Assembly: GCA_029572555.1 (NCBI GenBank)
Contig: JAKPVM010000165.1
Coordinates: 1 to 55,564, forward strand
DNA length: 55,564 nt
DNA from: Verrucomicrobiota bacterium
GTDB taxonomy: Bacteria; Verrucomicrobiota; Verrucomicrobiia; Limisphaerales; JAKPVM01
Direction: 5' to 3'
A model generated the notes under the pieces. The model was not told where the DNA came from and ran no database searches. It was given only the letters and a program-made list of their open reading frames with translations. The position numbers and the translations under genes are program-made. Below are positions 30,197-39,152 of the stretch, in pieces. Numbering within the stretch: the stretch's first letter is position 1; each line of letters opens with the position of its first letter.

Positions 30197-32236
30197 CTAT
30201 TCTTCTGCAATAAGATATGGATTTATATAAAATCTGTTGCTTGCCTCGCTTGAATTATGGAGTTCAATAGCGATAACATTAGAACCTCGCTTTAAATTCT
30301 TACCAAAATCCCGCAATGAAACATAATATGGATCGCCAATATGATGTTGTTTTATACCCTGAATATGTTTTCCACTACCTCGGTCAATGTTTTTTCTTCC
30401 GACTTCAATACCATTCAAATAAACAATAAATCCATCATCACAATCGGCAACAAGGGCAACATCCGTAAATTTGTCTGGTCTATCTACAAAAAATTCTTTT
30501 CGCAGATAAACGACAGTAGATTTGCTATTTGCTGGAATTTGGGTGTGAACGCCGGGATATCCTCTCCCGATTGGCATCGCACCAACACTCCATCCCACAG
30601 GTTGATATTCTAACCATGTCCACTTAATATTTTTAGGATGTTTATCCATAAGATAATGCCATTGGGAATTTTCAGATATAATCTCAGTATATTTTAAAGG
30701 TGGCATAACCGGAAAACCGTCTTCATTAGGTTCGGCAAACCGTTTGAACTCCGCAGGTTGCCAGGGATTAGGACGTCCAGCTATGGTAGCTTTTCCATCT
30801 TTTTCAATACAAAAACGGTCACGCAAACTTCCGTAAGAATCAACCATTGTAACAGTTAATCTGTTGTCAATAATATCAACTATGACCGAACCATAACCAA
30901 TGTATGTATGTTTAGCATACGGCAATGTGCCTCTCCTGCCAAGAGTGGTTCCAGCGTGTCCTGTTACTATATGAATATGACCTTCGTCGCGATTAATACC
31001 TGCGCTCTTTATATAAGCACCATCACCATCAGGGTTGCCATCTCCATCATCAACAATTTTATACGACACAGTATAATTGGTATCATAAGCGCCTTTTATC
31101 AACATAGTGCGTTCGTAAGTATGCGAATGACCGGCAAACACTGTGTCAACTCCACCAGCCTCTAAAATTGGCATAATAAACCTACGCATTTCAATTACTT
31201 CTTTTTCTGTTACTCCATTGTGGGAACCCATTGTATATGCCGGGTGATGGAAGAATGCGATTATCCAATCCGACTTGCTATCTTTTTTAGTTTTTTCTAA
31301 ATCTTTTTTTAACCACAACGCCATTGGCGCATCGGTTTTTTTACTCATATCAAAGCTATCCAGACAGATAAAATGGACGCGTCCCCAATCAAACGAATAG
31401 TAAGATTCTGTGCCTGATGGGATTCCACCGGCTTCGGCTTTCGTTGGCAAAACGTGCGCATCATAATATGGTCCAATACCTTTATCCGATTTGCAGGAAT
31501 AACCCTCGTGATTACCGAGCGTTGTCCAGCAAACACGGTGTCTTAACGAATCTTGATACATATTAAAATGTCGCGTTTGAAACTCTACATCCTTGCCGTT
31601 CATATAGGCTATGTCTCCGACGTGCAGTATAAAATCAAACATCCTTCCATCTTTTTCTGCCTGTCTCAATGCTGAATGATACACCATATATTGCATCTTT
31701 CTTGCAGTGCCTGAATCACCAATCACCCAAAACCGTATTGGCACTGGAATGCCGGGAATCGGCGCTGTTTTAAATGAATAATCTTTCTCTGATGGTGTTA
31801 ATCTTGTTTCTCCATCATAGATAGCATAGTAATATTTTGTATCTGGTTGAAGTCCGGTAACTTGCGCTTCATATTGAAAAGTTCCACCTGGCGTCGTCTT
31901 ATGAAGTCGTGGCAATTTTAAATTCTCCTTCTTATAAAGAGAGAGAACAGACGCAGGTTGGAGGTTGCTTTCACCGGGAGAAAATTTGATTAGAATCTTT
32001 TTTGGTTCAACAGAATACTCAAGATTATTAATGTCGCTCCCAAATTTTACAACCGGCTTAATCCGTCTACAATCTGTCCTCCAAACAATGCTGATTGAAT
32101 TTGAAGTTGCAAGTTGTAAATAAGGTCCCCGTGTGATAACTTTTTCAGCCTCAGCAATACTGGCTGAATAAGTAGTTGTTATAGTCAATAATATGGCAAA
32201 TAAACACACCAATCCGTAATGATTAATAGCTTTCAT
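30197..32236 (-). CDS. secreted metallophosphoesterase (purple-acid-phosphatase-like) with C-terminal beta-sandwich
   Basis: Signal peptide. Calcineurin-like motifs GDSG, GDIAYMNG, GNHE and GHSHTYER. Confidence 0.7.
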   Translation of the reverse strand: MKAINHYGLVCLFAILLTITTTYSASIAEAEKVITRGPYLQLATSNSISIVWRTDCRRIKPVVKFGSDINNLEYSVEPKKILIKFSPGESNLQPASVLSLYKKENLKLPRLHKTTPGGTFQYEAQVTGLQPDTKYYYAIYDGETRLTPSEKDYSFKTAPIPGIPVPIRFWVIGDSGTARKMQYMVYHSALRQAEKDGRMFDFILHVGDIAYMNGKDVEFQTRHFNMYQDSLRHRVCWTTLGNHEGYSCKSDKGIGPYYDAHVLPTKAEAGGIPSGTESYYSFDWGRVHFICLDSFDMSKKTDAPMALWLKKDLEKTKKDSKSDWIIAFFHHPAYTMGSHNGVTEKEVIEMRRFIMPILEAGGVDTVFAGHSHTYERTMLIKGAYDTNYTVSYKIVDDGDGNPDGDGAYIKSAGINRDEGHIHIVTGHAGTTLGRRGTLPYAKHTYIGYGSVIVDIIDNRLTVTMVDSYGSLRDRFCIEKDGKATIAGRPNPWQPAEFKRFAEPNEDGFPVMPPLKYTEIISENSQWHYLMDKHPKNIKWTWLEYQPVGWSVGAMPIGRGYPGVHTQIPANSKSTVVYLRKEFFVDRPDKFTDVALVADCDDGFIVYLNGIEVGRKNIDRGSGKHIQGIKQHHIGDPYYVSLRDFGKNLKRGSNVIAIELHNSSEASNRFYINPYLIAEE

Positions 32237-32282
32237 TTCCGCAATATTTTAAAAGAATGATGATTAATATTTCAATAAAAAC

Positions 32283-33620
32283 TTAAATTTCAGGCAATTG
32301 CCATGGCTTTCGTCTTGCCCTATCAAGCATCTGGTTTGCCGTGTCATCGTTTATAAACTGCTCTTTTGCGGGGTTCCATCTTAACTTGCGTCCCAACATC
32401 ATCGCAATGTTGCCGATATGGGCAATAGTGATTGTCCTGTGACCAATTTCAGCCGGGGCGTAACATTGTTTTCTTGATTTTACACAATCAAGAAAGTTGC
32501 GGTGTTCATCCGGGGCAGTATAAAGATGTATCTCGTTTTCACCTATTTTAGATTCAAGTATTGACGCCGGTTCAGACTTTGGTTTAGCAGCCCAACCTTC
32601 GTTTCCTATCCATCCGTCAGTCCCTTCAAACCGGATTCCAGGACGATTTGAGACGATATTCAACACCACGCCATTTTCGTATTTACAGGTAACATTGAAA
32701 GTCTTAGCTGCGTTAAACAGTTCGGTTTTTGGTGGGAAATCCCCTTTTCCTTCTACCTCTATAGGTCCTGTGTGTTCTGTATCATTTCCCCATTGTGCAA
32801 TGTCAATCAAATGAGCGCCCCAGTCTGTAAGCATTCCGCCCGAATAATCTAAATTCCATCGGAAGTTCCAATGGCATCTGGCTTCGCAATACGGGGCATA
32901 CGGCGCCTGACCAAGCCACATATCGTAATCAAATCCTTCGGGCGGCTGTGTAATTTCTTTTGACGCCGGTCTTATTGAATAACCTGTGGGCAGTTCAACG
33001 AGGATTCGTTTTATTTTTCCGATTCTTCCATTTCTTACAAGTTCACACATACGATGATAATGTTTTATTTCCTGTGATCGATTTTCGGAAGAGGTTTGGA
33101 AGACGCGGTTATATTTTTTCGTGGCATCGCTTAACACTCTACCCTCGCGCATAGTTAAAGAAAGTGGTTTTTCGCAAATAACATCCTTTCCTGCTTTTAC
33201 TGCCATAATTGCCGGAATAACGTGCCAGTGGTCAGGGGTTGAAATCATAACAGCGTCAATATCTTTTCTTGCCAATACATCCCTGAAATCGTTGTAAGCA
33301 TTGCATCCTTTATATGCGCCGTCTTTAATTTGTTCGGAATAACGTTCTTCTACAAATTTTTTTGCGTGTTCTCTCTTATCCTTATCAACATCACATACGG
33401 CAACTATCATTGCGTCTTTATGTCGTATGAATCCATTGATGTTCCTGTTGAGACCGTGGTCGCCAGTGCCAATAAAACCGAGCGTAATCCTGTTTGATGG
33501 TGAAACAGTACCTTCTGCGCCAAGAACCGATGGCTTCACAATTTGAGGAACAATACCTGTAATTGCAGAATACAATAATGTCGATTTAATAAAATTCCGT
33601 CTGGTGAGTTTACTTTTCAT
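32283..33620 (-). CDS. Gfo/Idh/MocA-family oxidoreductase with twin-arginine signal
   Basis: Contains TRRNFIKSTLLYSA (Tat), Rossmann LGFIGTGDHG, and EKPL and HWNFRWN-type motifs as in periplasmic GFOR-like enzymes. Confidence 0.85.
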   Translation of the reverse strand: MKSKLTRRNFIKSTLLYSAITGIVPQIVKPSVLGAEGTVSPSNRITLGFIGTGDHGLNRNINGFIRHKDAMIVAVCDVDKDKREHAKKFVEERYSEQIKDGAYKGCNAYNDFRDVLARKDIDAVMISTPDHWHVIPAIMAVKAGKDVICEKPLSLTMREGRVLSDATKKYNRVFQTSSENRSQEIKHYHRMCELVRNGRIGKIKRILVELPTGYSIRPASKEITQPPEGFDYDMWLGQAPYAPYCEARCHWNFRWNLDYSGGMLTDWGAHLIDIAQWGNDTEHTGPIEVEGKGDFPPKTELFNAAKTFNVTCKYENGVVLNIVSNRPGIRFEGTDGWIGNEGWAAKPKSEPASILESKIGENEIHLYTAPDEHRNFLDCVKSRKQCYAPAEIGHRTITIAHIGNIAMMLGRKLRWNPAKEQFINDDTANQMLDRARRKPWQLPEI

Positions 33621-33715
33621 ATATTCAAATTATATGATAACAAGGTTTAATATGTAAAATTAATTCTTTAAACTAAATCGATTCTGGATTTGCTTATTCT
33701 TGAAAAACATTTCGA

Positions 33716-34744
33716 TTATGGTTTTAACACAATTTTCCCTGACAAATTTCCTCTTTTCCCGATTGTATTTTCTTCCTGTAATTTATGCGCAAGAGAGGCT
33801 TGTGAGAGCGGCAGAACGCGATCTATGAGCGGCTTTAATTTGCCCTGAACCATCCATTTATTAATATCGTTAGCACATTGCGTCTGTTCATTAGAAGTAG
33901 CATTAAACATCGCAAAACCGAACACCTTACAATCTTTTACATAAAATGGACCGACAGGAAATTGAGGACGCGCCTCTCTGCCAGCCATAATTATAATACG
34001 CCCGCGAACTGCAAGCGATGAGATGATTTTATCAAAGTCAGGTTCTCGCGAAGTCTCCCACCAAACATTTACGCCTTTTGGTTCAACATTTTTAATCTCT
34101 CTTTCAATACTTTTTTCTTTGTAATTAAATGCTGCTTTTGCGCCGAGTTTTTCGCATAATTTAACTTTTTCTTCGTTCCCCGCGCTTGCATATACAGTTG
34201 CGCCGATAGCCTTTGCCATCTGTATCACAGTGCTTCCAATTCCTCCCGAACCGCCATTCACAAAAATTGTTTCGCCTGATTTTAATTTAGCCTCGCGAAA
34301 AAGTCCTAAATGCGAAGTAATGCCAACAAGCGCAATTGCTGCTATATTTTCATCGGAAACACCCATCGGCGTTGGATAAAGCCACTCTTCTTCAACAAGG
34401 GCAAACTCTGCAAATGTTCCTTGACGTCCAAACAATCCTTGATTTGTTCCCCAAACTCTGTCTCCTTTTTTAAATTTTGTTACCTGTTCACCAACCTCTT
34501 CAACTACACCAGCAAGATCGCAACCAATGATATAAGGCAGCGGTATTCCCATCTGAACAAGCCCAGCGCGGATATAAGTATCAATCGGATTTACAGACAC
34601 CGCTTTTATTCTAACAAGCGCCTGTTTTCCCTTCGGATTATCTATCGGAAATTCTCCATATTCTATTACCTCCGGCGGTCCTAATTTTCTAATAAATGCA
34701 GCTTTCATAATACAAATAATATATTTCATATCGTTATTGAACAA
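33716..34744 (-). CDS. zinc-type alcohol dehydrogenase/NADPH:quinone oxidoreductase family (MDR)
   Basis: Contains MKAAFIRKLGPPEV...VRIKAVSVNPID...GETIFVNGGSGGIGS. The likely true start is the ATG at 34708 (MKAAF), not 34744. Confidence 0.85.
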   Translation of the reverse strand: MFNNDMKYIICIMKAAFIRKLGPPEVIEYGEFPIDNPKGKQALVRIKAVSVNPIDTYIRAGLVQMGIPLPYIIGCDLAGVVEEVGEQVTKFKKGDRVWGTNQGLFGRQGTFAEFALVEEEWLYPTPMGVSDENIAAIALVGITSHLGLFREAKLKSGETIFVNGGSGGIGSTVIQMAKAIGATVYASAGNEEKVKLCEKLGAKAAFNYKEKSIEREIKNVEPKGVNVWWETSREPDFDKIISSLAVRGRIIIMAGREARPQFPVGPFYVKDCKVFGFAMFNATSNEQTQCANDINKWMVQGKLKPLIDRVLPLSQASLAHKLQEENTIGKRGNLSGKIVLKP

Positions 34745-34821
34745 GGGATTAATGATACCTTTCCAACAATAGTTGAAAATTCATCTTTTAATCATTTAAA
34801 ATCTGTTTTAAAAATAAAGAT

Positions 34822-36213
34822 ATGAAGAAGCAAATTCTTTTAATGTTGTTTATAGCTTTATCGCTACAATCAATATTTAGCGCGCAACCAAATATAATTA
34901 TAATACTCGCCGATGACCTTGGTTATGGAGATCTCGGGTGTTATGGACATCCAAGCATTAAAACCCCCAATCTTGACCGAATGGCTGCGGAAGGAATGCG
35001 TTTCACTGATTTTTATGCAACCGCCGAAGTATGCACTCCAAGCAGGGCTGCGCTTCTTACTGGCAGATATCCAATAAGGAGTGGAATGTGCCACGACAAA
35101 TACAGAGTCTTGCGTCGCACCTCAATTGGCGGTTTATCAAAAGATGAAATCACTATCGCAAAAGCGCTAAAACAACACGGTTATGCCACCTGTATGGTCG
35201 GAAAATGGCATCTGGGAAATTATGAAAACGTCCCTGAATACCACCCATTAAACTATGGTTTTGATTACTACTTTGGGCTCCCACACTCTAACGATATGAA
35301 CCCTACTAAAAAAGCGCCAAAAGCCGCAACAAGAAGGCTTGACCAGGACCCGCAATGGTGGGCTGCGCCACTTTATAGAAACAGAGAAAAAATTGAGTGT
35401 CCTGCAAACCAATCTACACTTACGCGGCGATACACCGATGAGGCTATAAAATTTATTAAGCAAAATAAAGGAAAGCCATTTTTCATCTATTTTGCTCATA
35501 CATTTCCACATGTGCCTTTGTTTTCTTCGAAAAAAGATAGTCTGCGTGGATTATACGGCGATGTTGTAGAAGAACTTGATTGGAGCGTGGGTCAAATACT
35601 CCAAACCTTGCGGGATAATAAACTTGATAAAAATACATTTGTGTTTTTTACAAGTGATAATGGACCCTGGCTGACGCACGGACTTGCAGGGGGTTCTGCT
35701 GGCTTGCTGAAAGATGGCAAAGGCTCAACTTATGAAGGCGGTATGAGAGAACCGGGTATAGCGTGGTTTCCGGGAAAAATTAAACCCGGTATAGTAACTC
35801 ACGAGTTGGCTTGCAATATGGACTTATTCAATACCTGCTTAACGCTTGCAGGCGCTAAAATCCCGGACGACAGAATTATTGATGGCGTGGATATGAGCCC
35901 AACACTTTTTGGAAATGGAAAAAGCAAACGCGAATCTTTTATCTATTATCGTGGAACAAAACTATACGGAGCGCGATTTGGACAATATAAGGCGCATTAC
36001 ATTACCCAACCATCGTACGGGACTAACGCGCCTGTTTCACACAACCCACCTCTGCTTTATGAATTAGGACAGGACCCATCTGAAAATTTTGATGTCGCAG
36101 ATAAACATCCGGAGATTATCGCAAAGATAAACGAAATTGTTGAACAGCATAAAAAAACAGTGCAACCAGTGAAAAACCAACTGGAAGAAACAATTCAAGA
36201 AAATAAACAGTAG
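34822..36213 (+). CDS. formylglycine-dependent arylsulfatase
   Basis: Signal peptide, then PNIIIILADDLGYGDLG, the CTPSRAALLTGR (CxPxR) motif and GKWHLG. Confidence 0.9.
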   Translation: MKKQILLMLFIALSLQSIFSAQPNIIIILADDLGYGDLGCYGHPSIKTPNLDRMAAEGMRFTDFYATAEVCTPSRAALLTGRYPIRSGMCHDKYRVLRRTSIGGLSKDEITIAKALKQHGYATCMVGKWHLGNYENVPEYHPLNYGFDYYFGLPHSNDMNPTKKAPKAATRRLDQDPQWWAAPLYRNREKIECPANQSTLTRRYTDEAIKFIKQNKGKPFFIYFAHTFPHVPLFSSKKDSLRGLYGDVVEELDWSVGQILQTLRDNKLDKNTFVFFTSDNGPWLTHGLAGGSAGLLKDGKGSTYEGGMREPGIAWFPGKIKPGIVTHELACNMDLFNTCLTLAGAKIPDDRIIDGVDMSPTLFGNGKSKRESFIYYRGTKLYGARFGQYKAHYITQPSYGTNAPVSHNPPLLYELGQDPSENFDVADKHPEIIAKINEIVEQHKKTVQPVKNQLEETIQENKQ

Positions 36214-36274
36214 TGTTTAGATATAGTTTATTTTTAATTTTTCATTTTTAAAAAATATTTTATGATGTTATCCG

Positions 36275-37285
36275 ATGTTGAATACAGGTAAATATATTGC
36301 GGTTTTGATGCTGCTGGTTGGTTCCTTGAATTTAATTTCAGGGGAGGCAAAAAATATTAAGTTATCTGTTTATAACGGATGGAAAGATTCTGTCATCATT
36401 GAAGTTCCTGAGGCGGAAGTAGAAGCGGCTATTGTTCCAGCCATTGGCGGCAGAATTATGCGCTATGAACTTTATGGCGACAATCCATTATATGAAAACC
36501 GCAACGCCTCCGGTCAGACTTATGAAAACGTTGGTCAAATATTCTTTGTCGGAGGTTATCAATGCGATTTAGGACCTGAAATTCGCGACACCCCGGCAAG
36601 CCCAATTTTATGGTTGGGAAAATGGGACGTTAAAGGCATTAAAGAACATTCAGTCATATTGGCAAGCCAGCCGGATAACTCTGTCGGCGTTCAAATGGAA
36701 AAAGAAATAGTTGTTGATATGGAGACAGGCGAATTAGGTATTGTCCAACGGATTATCAACATATCAAATAAAGAAATCACCACTTCACACTGGGATAGGA
36801 CATTCTGCAAAAGCGGCGGCTTTATTGTAATTCCCCTCTCCCGTTCAAGCAAATTAGCTGCAGGATGGTCAATGCGCCATAAAATTCAGGATAAATATAT
36901 TTATGACGGCGTAAATCCGTCAGCGCCAAATGTTAAAATATACGGTCGTTTGCTTGTCGCTAAGGCTGAGGGAGTGCCACTTAAAATTGGAGCCGACACA
37001 GACGCAGGGTGGATCGCCTATGTCCTCAACACAACAGTTTTTGTAAAATATTTTCCAGTAGAACGCGGTGGAAATTATCCTGACAGCGGCAATAATGTAT
37101 TTGCTTATATGGACGATAGGATTGTGGAATTTGGTCCTGTCTCTGCGCAAGAAAATTTAAAAGCGGGGGAAAAATATGATTTTCCAGAAAAATGGTCTCT
37201 AATTCAACTAAACGAACCAGCAAACGATTTTAAGAAGGCAAAGTCAGCTGCGGATAAAATTCCGCCATCGCCATTCTCAAAATAA
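36275..37285 (+). CDS. hypothetical secreted protein (possibly mutarotase-like/DUF4380 fold)
   Basis: 336 aa, signal peptide, beta-rich. IGGRIMRYEL...NPLYEN resembles aldose-epimerase-like proteins, but the evidence is weak. Confidence 0.4.
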   Translation: MLNTGKYIAVLMLLVGSLNLISGEAKNIKLSVYNGWKDSVIIEVPEAEVEAAIVPAIGGRIMRYELYGDNPLYENRNASGQTYENVGQIFFVGGYQCDLGPEIRDTPASPILWLGKWDVKGIKEHSVILASQPDNSVGVQMEKEIVVDMETGELGIVQRIINISNKEITTSHWDRTFCKSGGFIVIPLSRSSKLAAGWSMRHKIQDKYIYDGVNPSAPNVKIYGRLLVAKAEGVPLKIGADTDAGWIAYVLNTTVFVKYFPVERGGNYPDSGNNVFAYMDDRIVEFGPVSAQENLKAGEKYDFPEKWSLIQLNEPANDFKKAKSAADKIPPSPFSK

Positions 37286-37317
37286 CAAAATTGAATCAAC
37301 AATATTGGTAATCTCTC

Positions 37318-37899
37318 TTAATTATCTTCATTTTGTTTTTTTAACATTATCGGTGTGGAATCCTTATAGACAAGTTTGCCTGTTCGTTTGTCCCAGATAC
37401 GAGTGCGATGGCTCAATTTATGTTCACTGTGGCAATCCATACAAAATTTGCCATCTTTATTTGTCCCTGCTAAAACCGAACTATGTTCAGGAGGGTCTTT
37501 AAGGTCTGCCTTTGTTTTATCAGTCTCAATAAGTTCTTTCCAGTTATGACAGGTAAGGCATAGGAAACGAACACGTCCCTTGTTTGCAAACATTCTATCC
37601 GGAGGCGTCAAGTTATCTTCATCTACACAGTGGGAATCACACTCTAAATGACAAACAATACAACCGACATTCGCCTTTAAATGAGAATCGGTCAGTTTTT
37701 CATCCTCGAAATTTGCATGACAAACCAGACATCGGCTATTATCTGCTGGCGGCCCGGGATATTTAGTCTTTGGTTTTTTCTGTTCTTGGTTTGAAACTGA
37801 ATTTTCTTTTTCGTTATCTGCCGCAATATTATTTTGCGATATTAAACTAACCAACGCAATATACAAAAACACCGCGACAACTATCTTCAAAGATTTCAT
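37318..37899 (-). CDS. tetraheme c-type cytochrome
   Basis: Signal peptide and four CxxCH motifs (CLVCH, CIVCH, CLTCH, CMDCH) in 193 aa. Confidence 0.8.
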   Translation of the reverse strand: MKSLKIVVAVFLYIALVSLISQNNIAADNEKENSVSNQEQKKPKTKYPGPPADNSRCLVCHANFEDEKLTDSHLKANVGCIVCHLECDSHCVDEDNLTPPDRMFANKGRVRFLCLTCHNWKELIETDKTKADLKDPPEHSSVLAGTNKDGKFCMDCHSEHKLSHRTRIWDKRTGKLVYKDSTPIMLKKQNEDN

Positions 37900-37943
37900 C
37901 AGAATATAAAGAAAATCCAGCCTAATCTGATTCTACTGGGGCA

Positions 37944-39002
37944 TTAAACATATTCCCAATTCTTGAGCCATTGATAATCATCTGGTAAGCGTGCCCACAT
38001 TTCATCGGCAGCGTGGTTAAGTTCGGCGCGTTCATTTTTATCCAATTCGCGTCGTTCCTGCACCGCTTTGGCGACATTATCAACCTGATGAATATTGATA
38101 AGGCCCGGAATCGGCGCCGTAATGGCTGGGTTGCAGAGAATATAACGAATAGCTAATCTGGCGCGTTTATCATCTTCTTCAGCCTCCGGGTTATCAATGG
38201 CGCTATTGCCTTTAAACAGCGAGTTGCTGGCAAACGGTTTTATCCCAAACACTCCAACATCATACTGTTTTACAGCGTCAAAAATACTTCCCTCGGGCAA
38301 AATCTTGCTTTTCGCCGTGTATGGCGTGCATATTGCTTCGATAACTTTGCTATATTTTTCTATCATCCATTTAATATGATTGCGGTCGTGCGATGAAAAC
38401 CCGGTAAACCTTGCCTTTCCTTGTTGTTTTGCTTTTTCCAGTGCCTTCATCATTTCTTCCACTTCACCTTCTGTATGCTTCGAACTTTGTTCGTGCATTG
38501 TGATTCGCCATAAATCAACATAATCAAGTTCTGCTTGTTTCATCCCTTTCTCGAGTGTATCAAGAAGTTTCTCTGCCGTCCGATATTCTGGATTACGCAT
38601 CTCTTTTTCAAACCAAGAAAAGCCAAGATACATTTTATCTCGTCTGCCTTTAAGCGCCTTACTATAAGTTAAAACCTCCTGACTTGTGCAAGCATCTATA
38701 TAGTTCATTCCGCGCTCAATGCAACGGCTGACAACGTCAGTCCTATTCTTTATAAAATCGGGGTTATCAATACCACCGCTACCGGAAACTACAGTATCCA
38801 CACGTTTCCAATGTCCACCAAGGCAAACTGCGGAGACCATTAAACCTGTTTTACCAAGCCTCCGATACTCCATATCAGGGTTAAAATTTAGGGCTTTTGA
38901 TTCTGCCGCGCCTAATTTGCTCACAGCAACGCCGGCTGCCGCAACCGCAGTGGTTTTGATAAAGTCCCGTCGGGTTATATCATTAAATAATATCGGCTTC
39001 AT
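37944..39002 (-). CDS. aldo/keto reductase with twin-arginine signal
   Basis: Contains TRRDFIKTTAVAAAGVAV (Tat), then YRRLGKTGLMVSAVCLGG, GMNYIDAC, YVDLWRITMH and GFSSHD, which are typical AKR blocks. Confidence 0.8.
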   Translation of the reverse strand: MKPILFNDITRRDFIKTTAVAAAGVAVSKLGAAESKALNFNPDMEYRRLGKTGLMVSAVCLGGHWKRVDTVVSGSGGIDNPDFIKNRTDVVSRCIERGMNYIDACTSQEVLTYSKALKGRRDKMYLGFSWFEKEMRNPEYRTAEKLLDTLEKGMKQAELDYVDLWRITMHEQSSKHTEGEVEEMMKALEKAKQQGKARFTGFSSHDRNHIKWMIEKYSKVIEAICTPYTAKSKILPEGSIFDAVKQYDVGVFGIKPFASNSLFKGNSAIDNPEAEEDDKRARLAIRYILCNPAITAPIPGLINIHQVDNVAKAVQERRELDKNERAELNHAADEMWARLPDDYQWLKNWEYV

Positions 39003-39152
39003 ATATCCTCTGGTGTATTTTTCAAAACTTTATTTCATACTTACAAAAAGGTCAATCATAAAATCCTAACATTTTTTCTCTGCAATAAATCACATTGACA
39101 AAAAATCCGCAGATAAATCAACAGGACATATTTGACCATAAGGGTTGTTATT

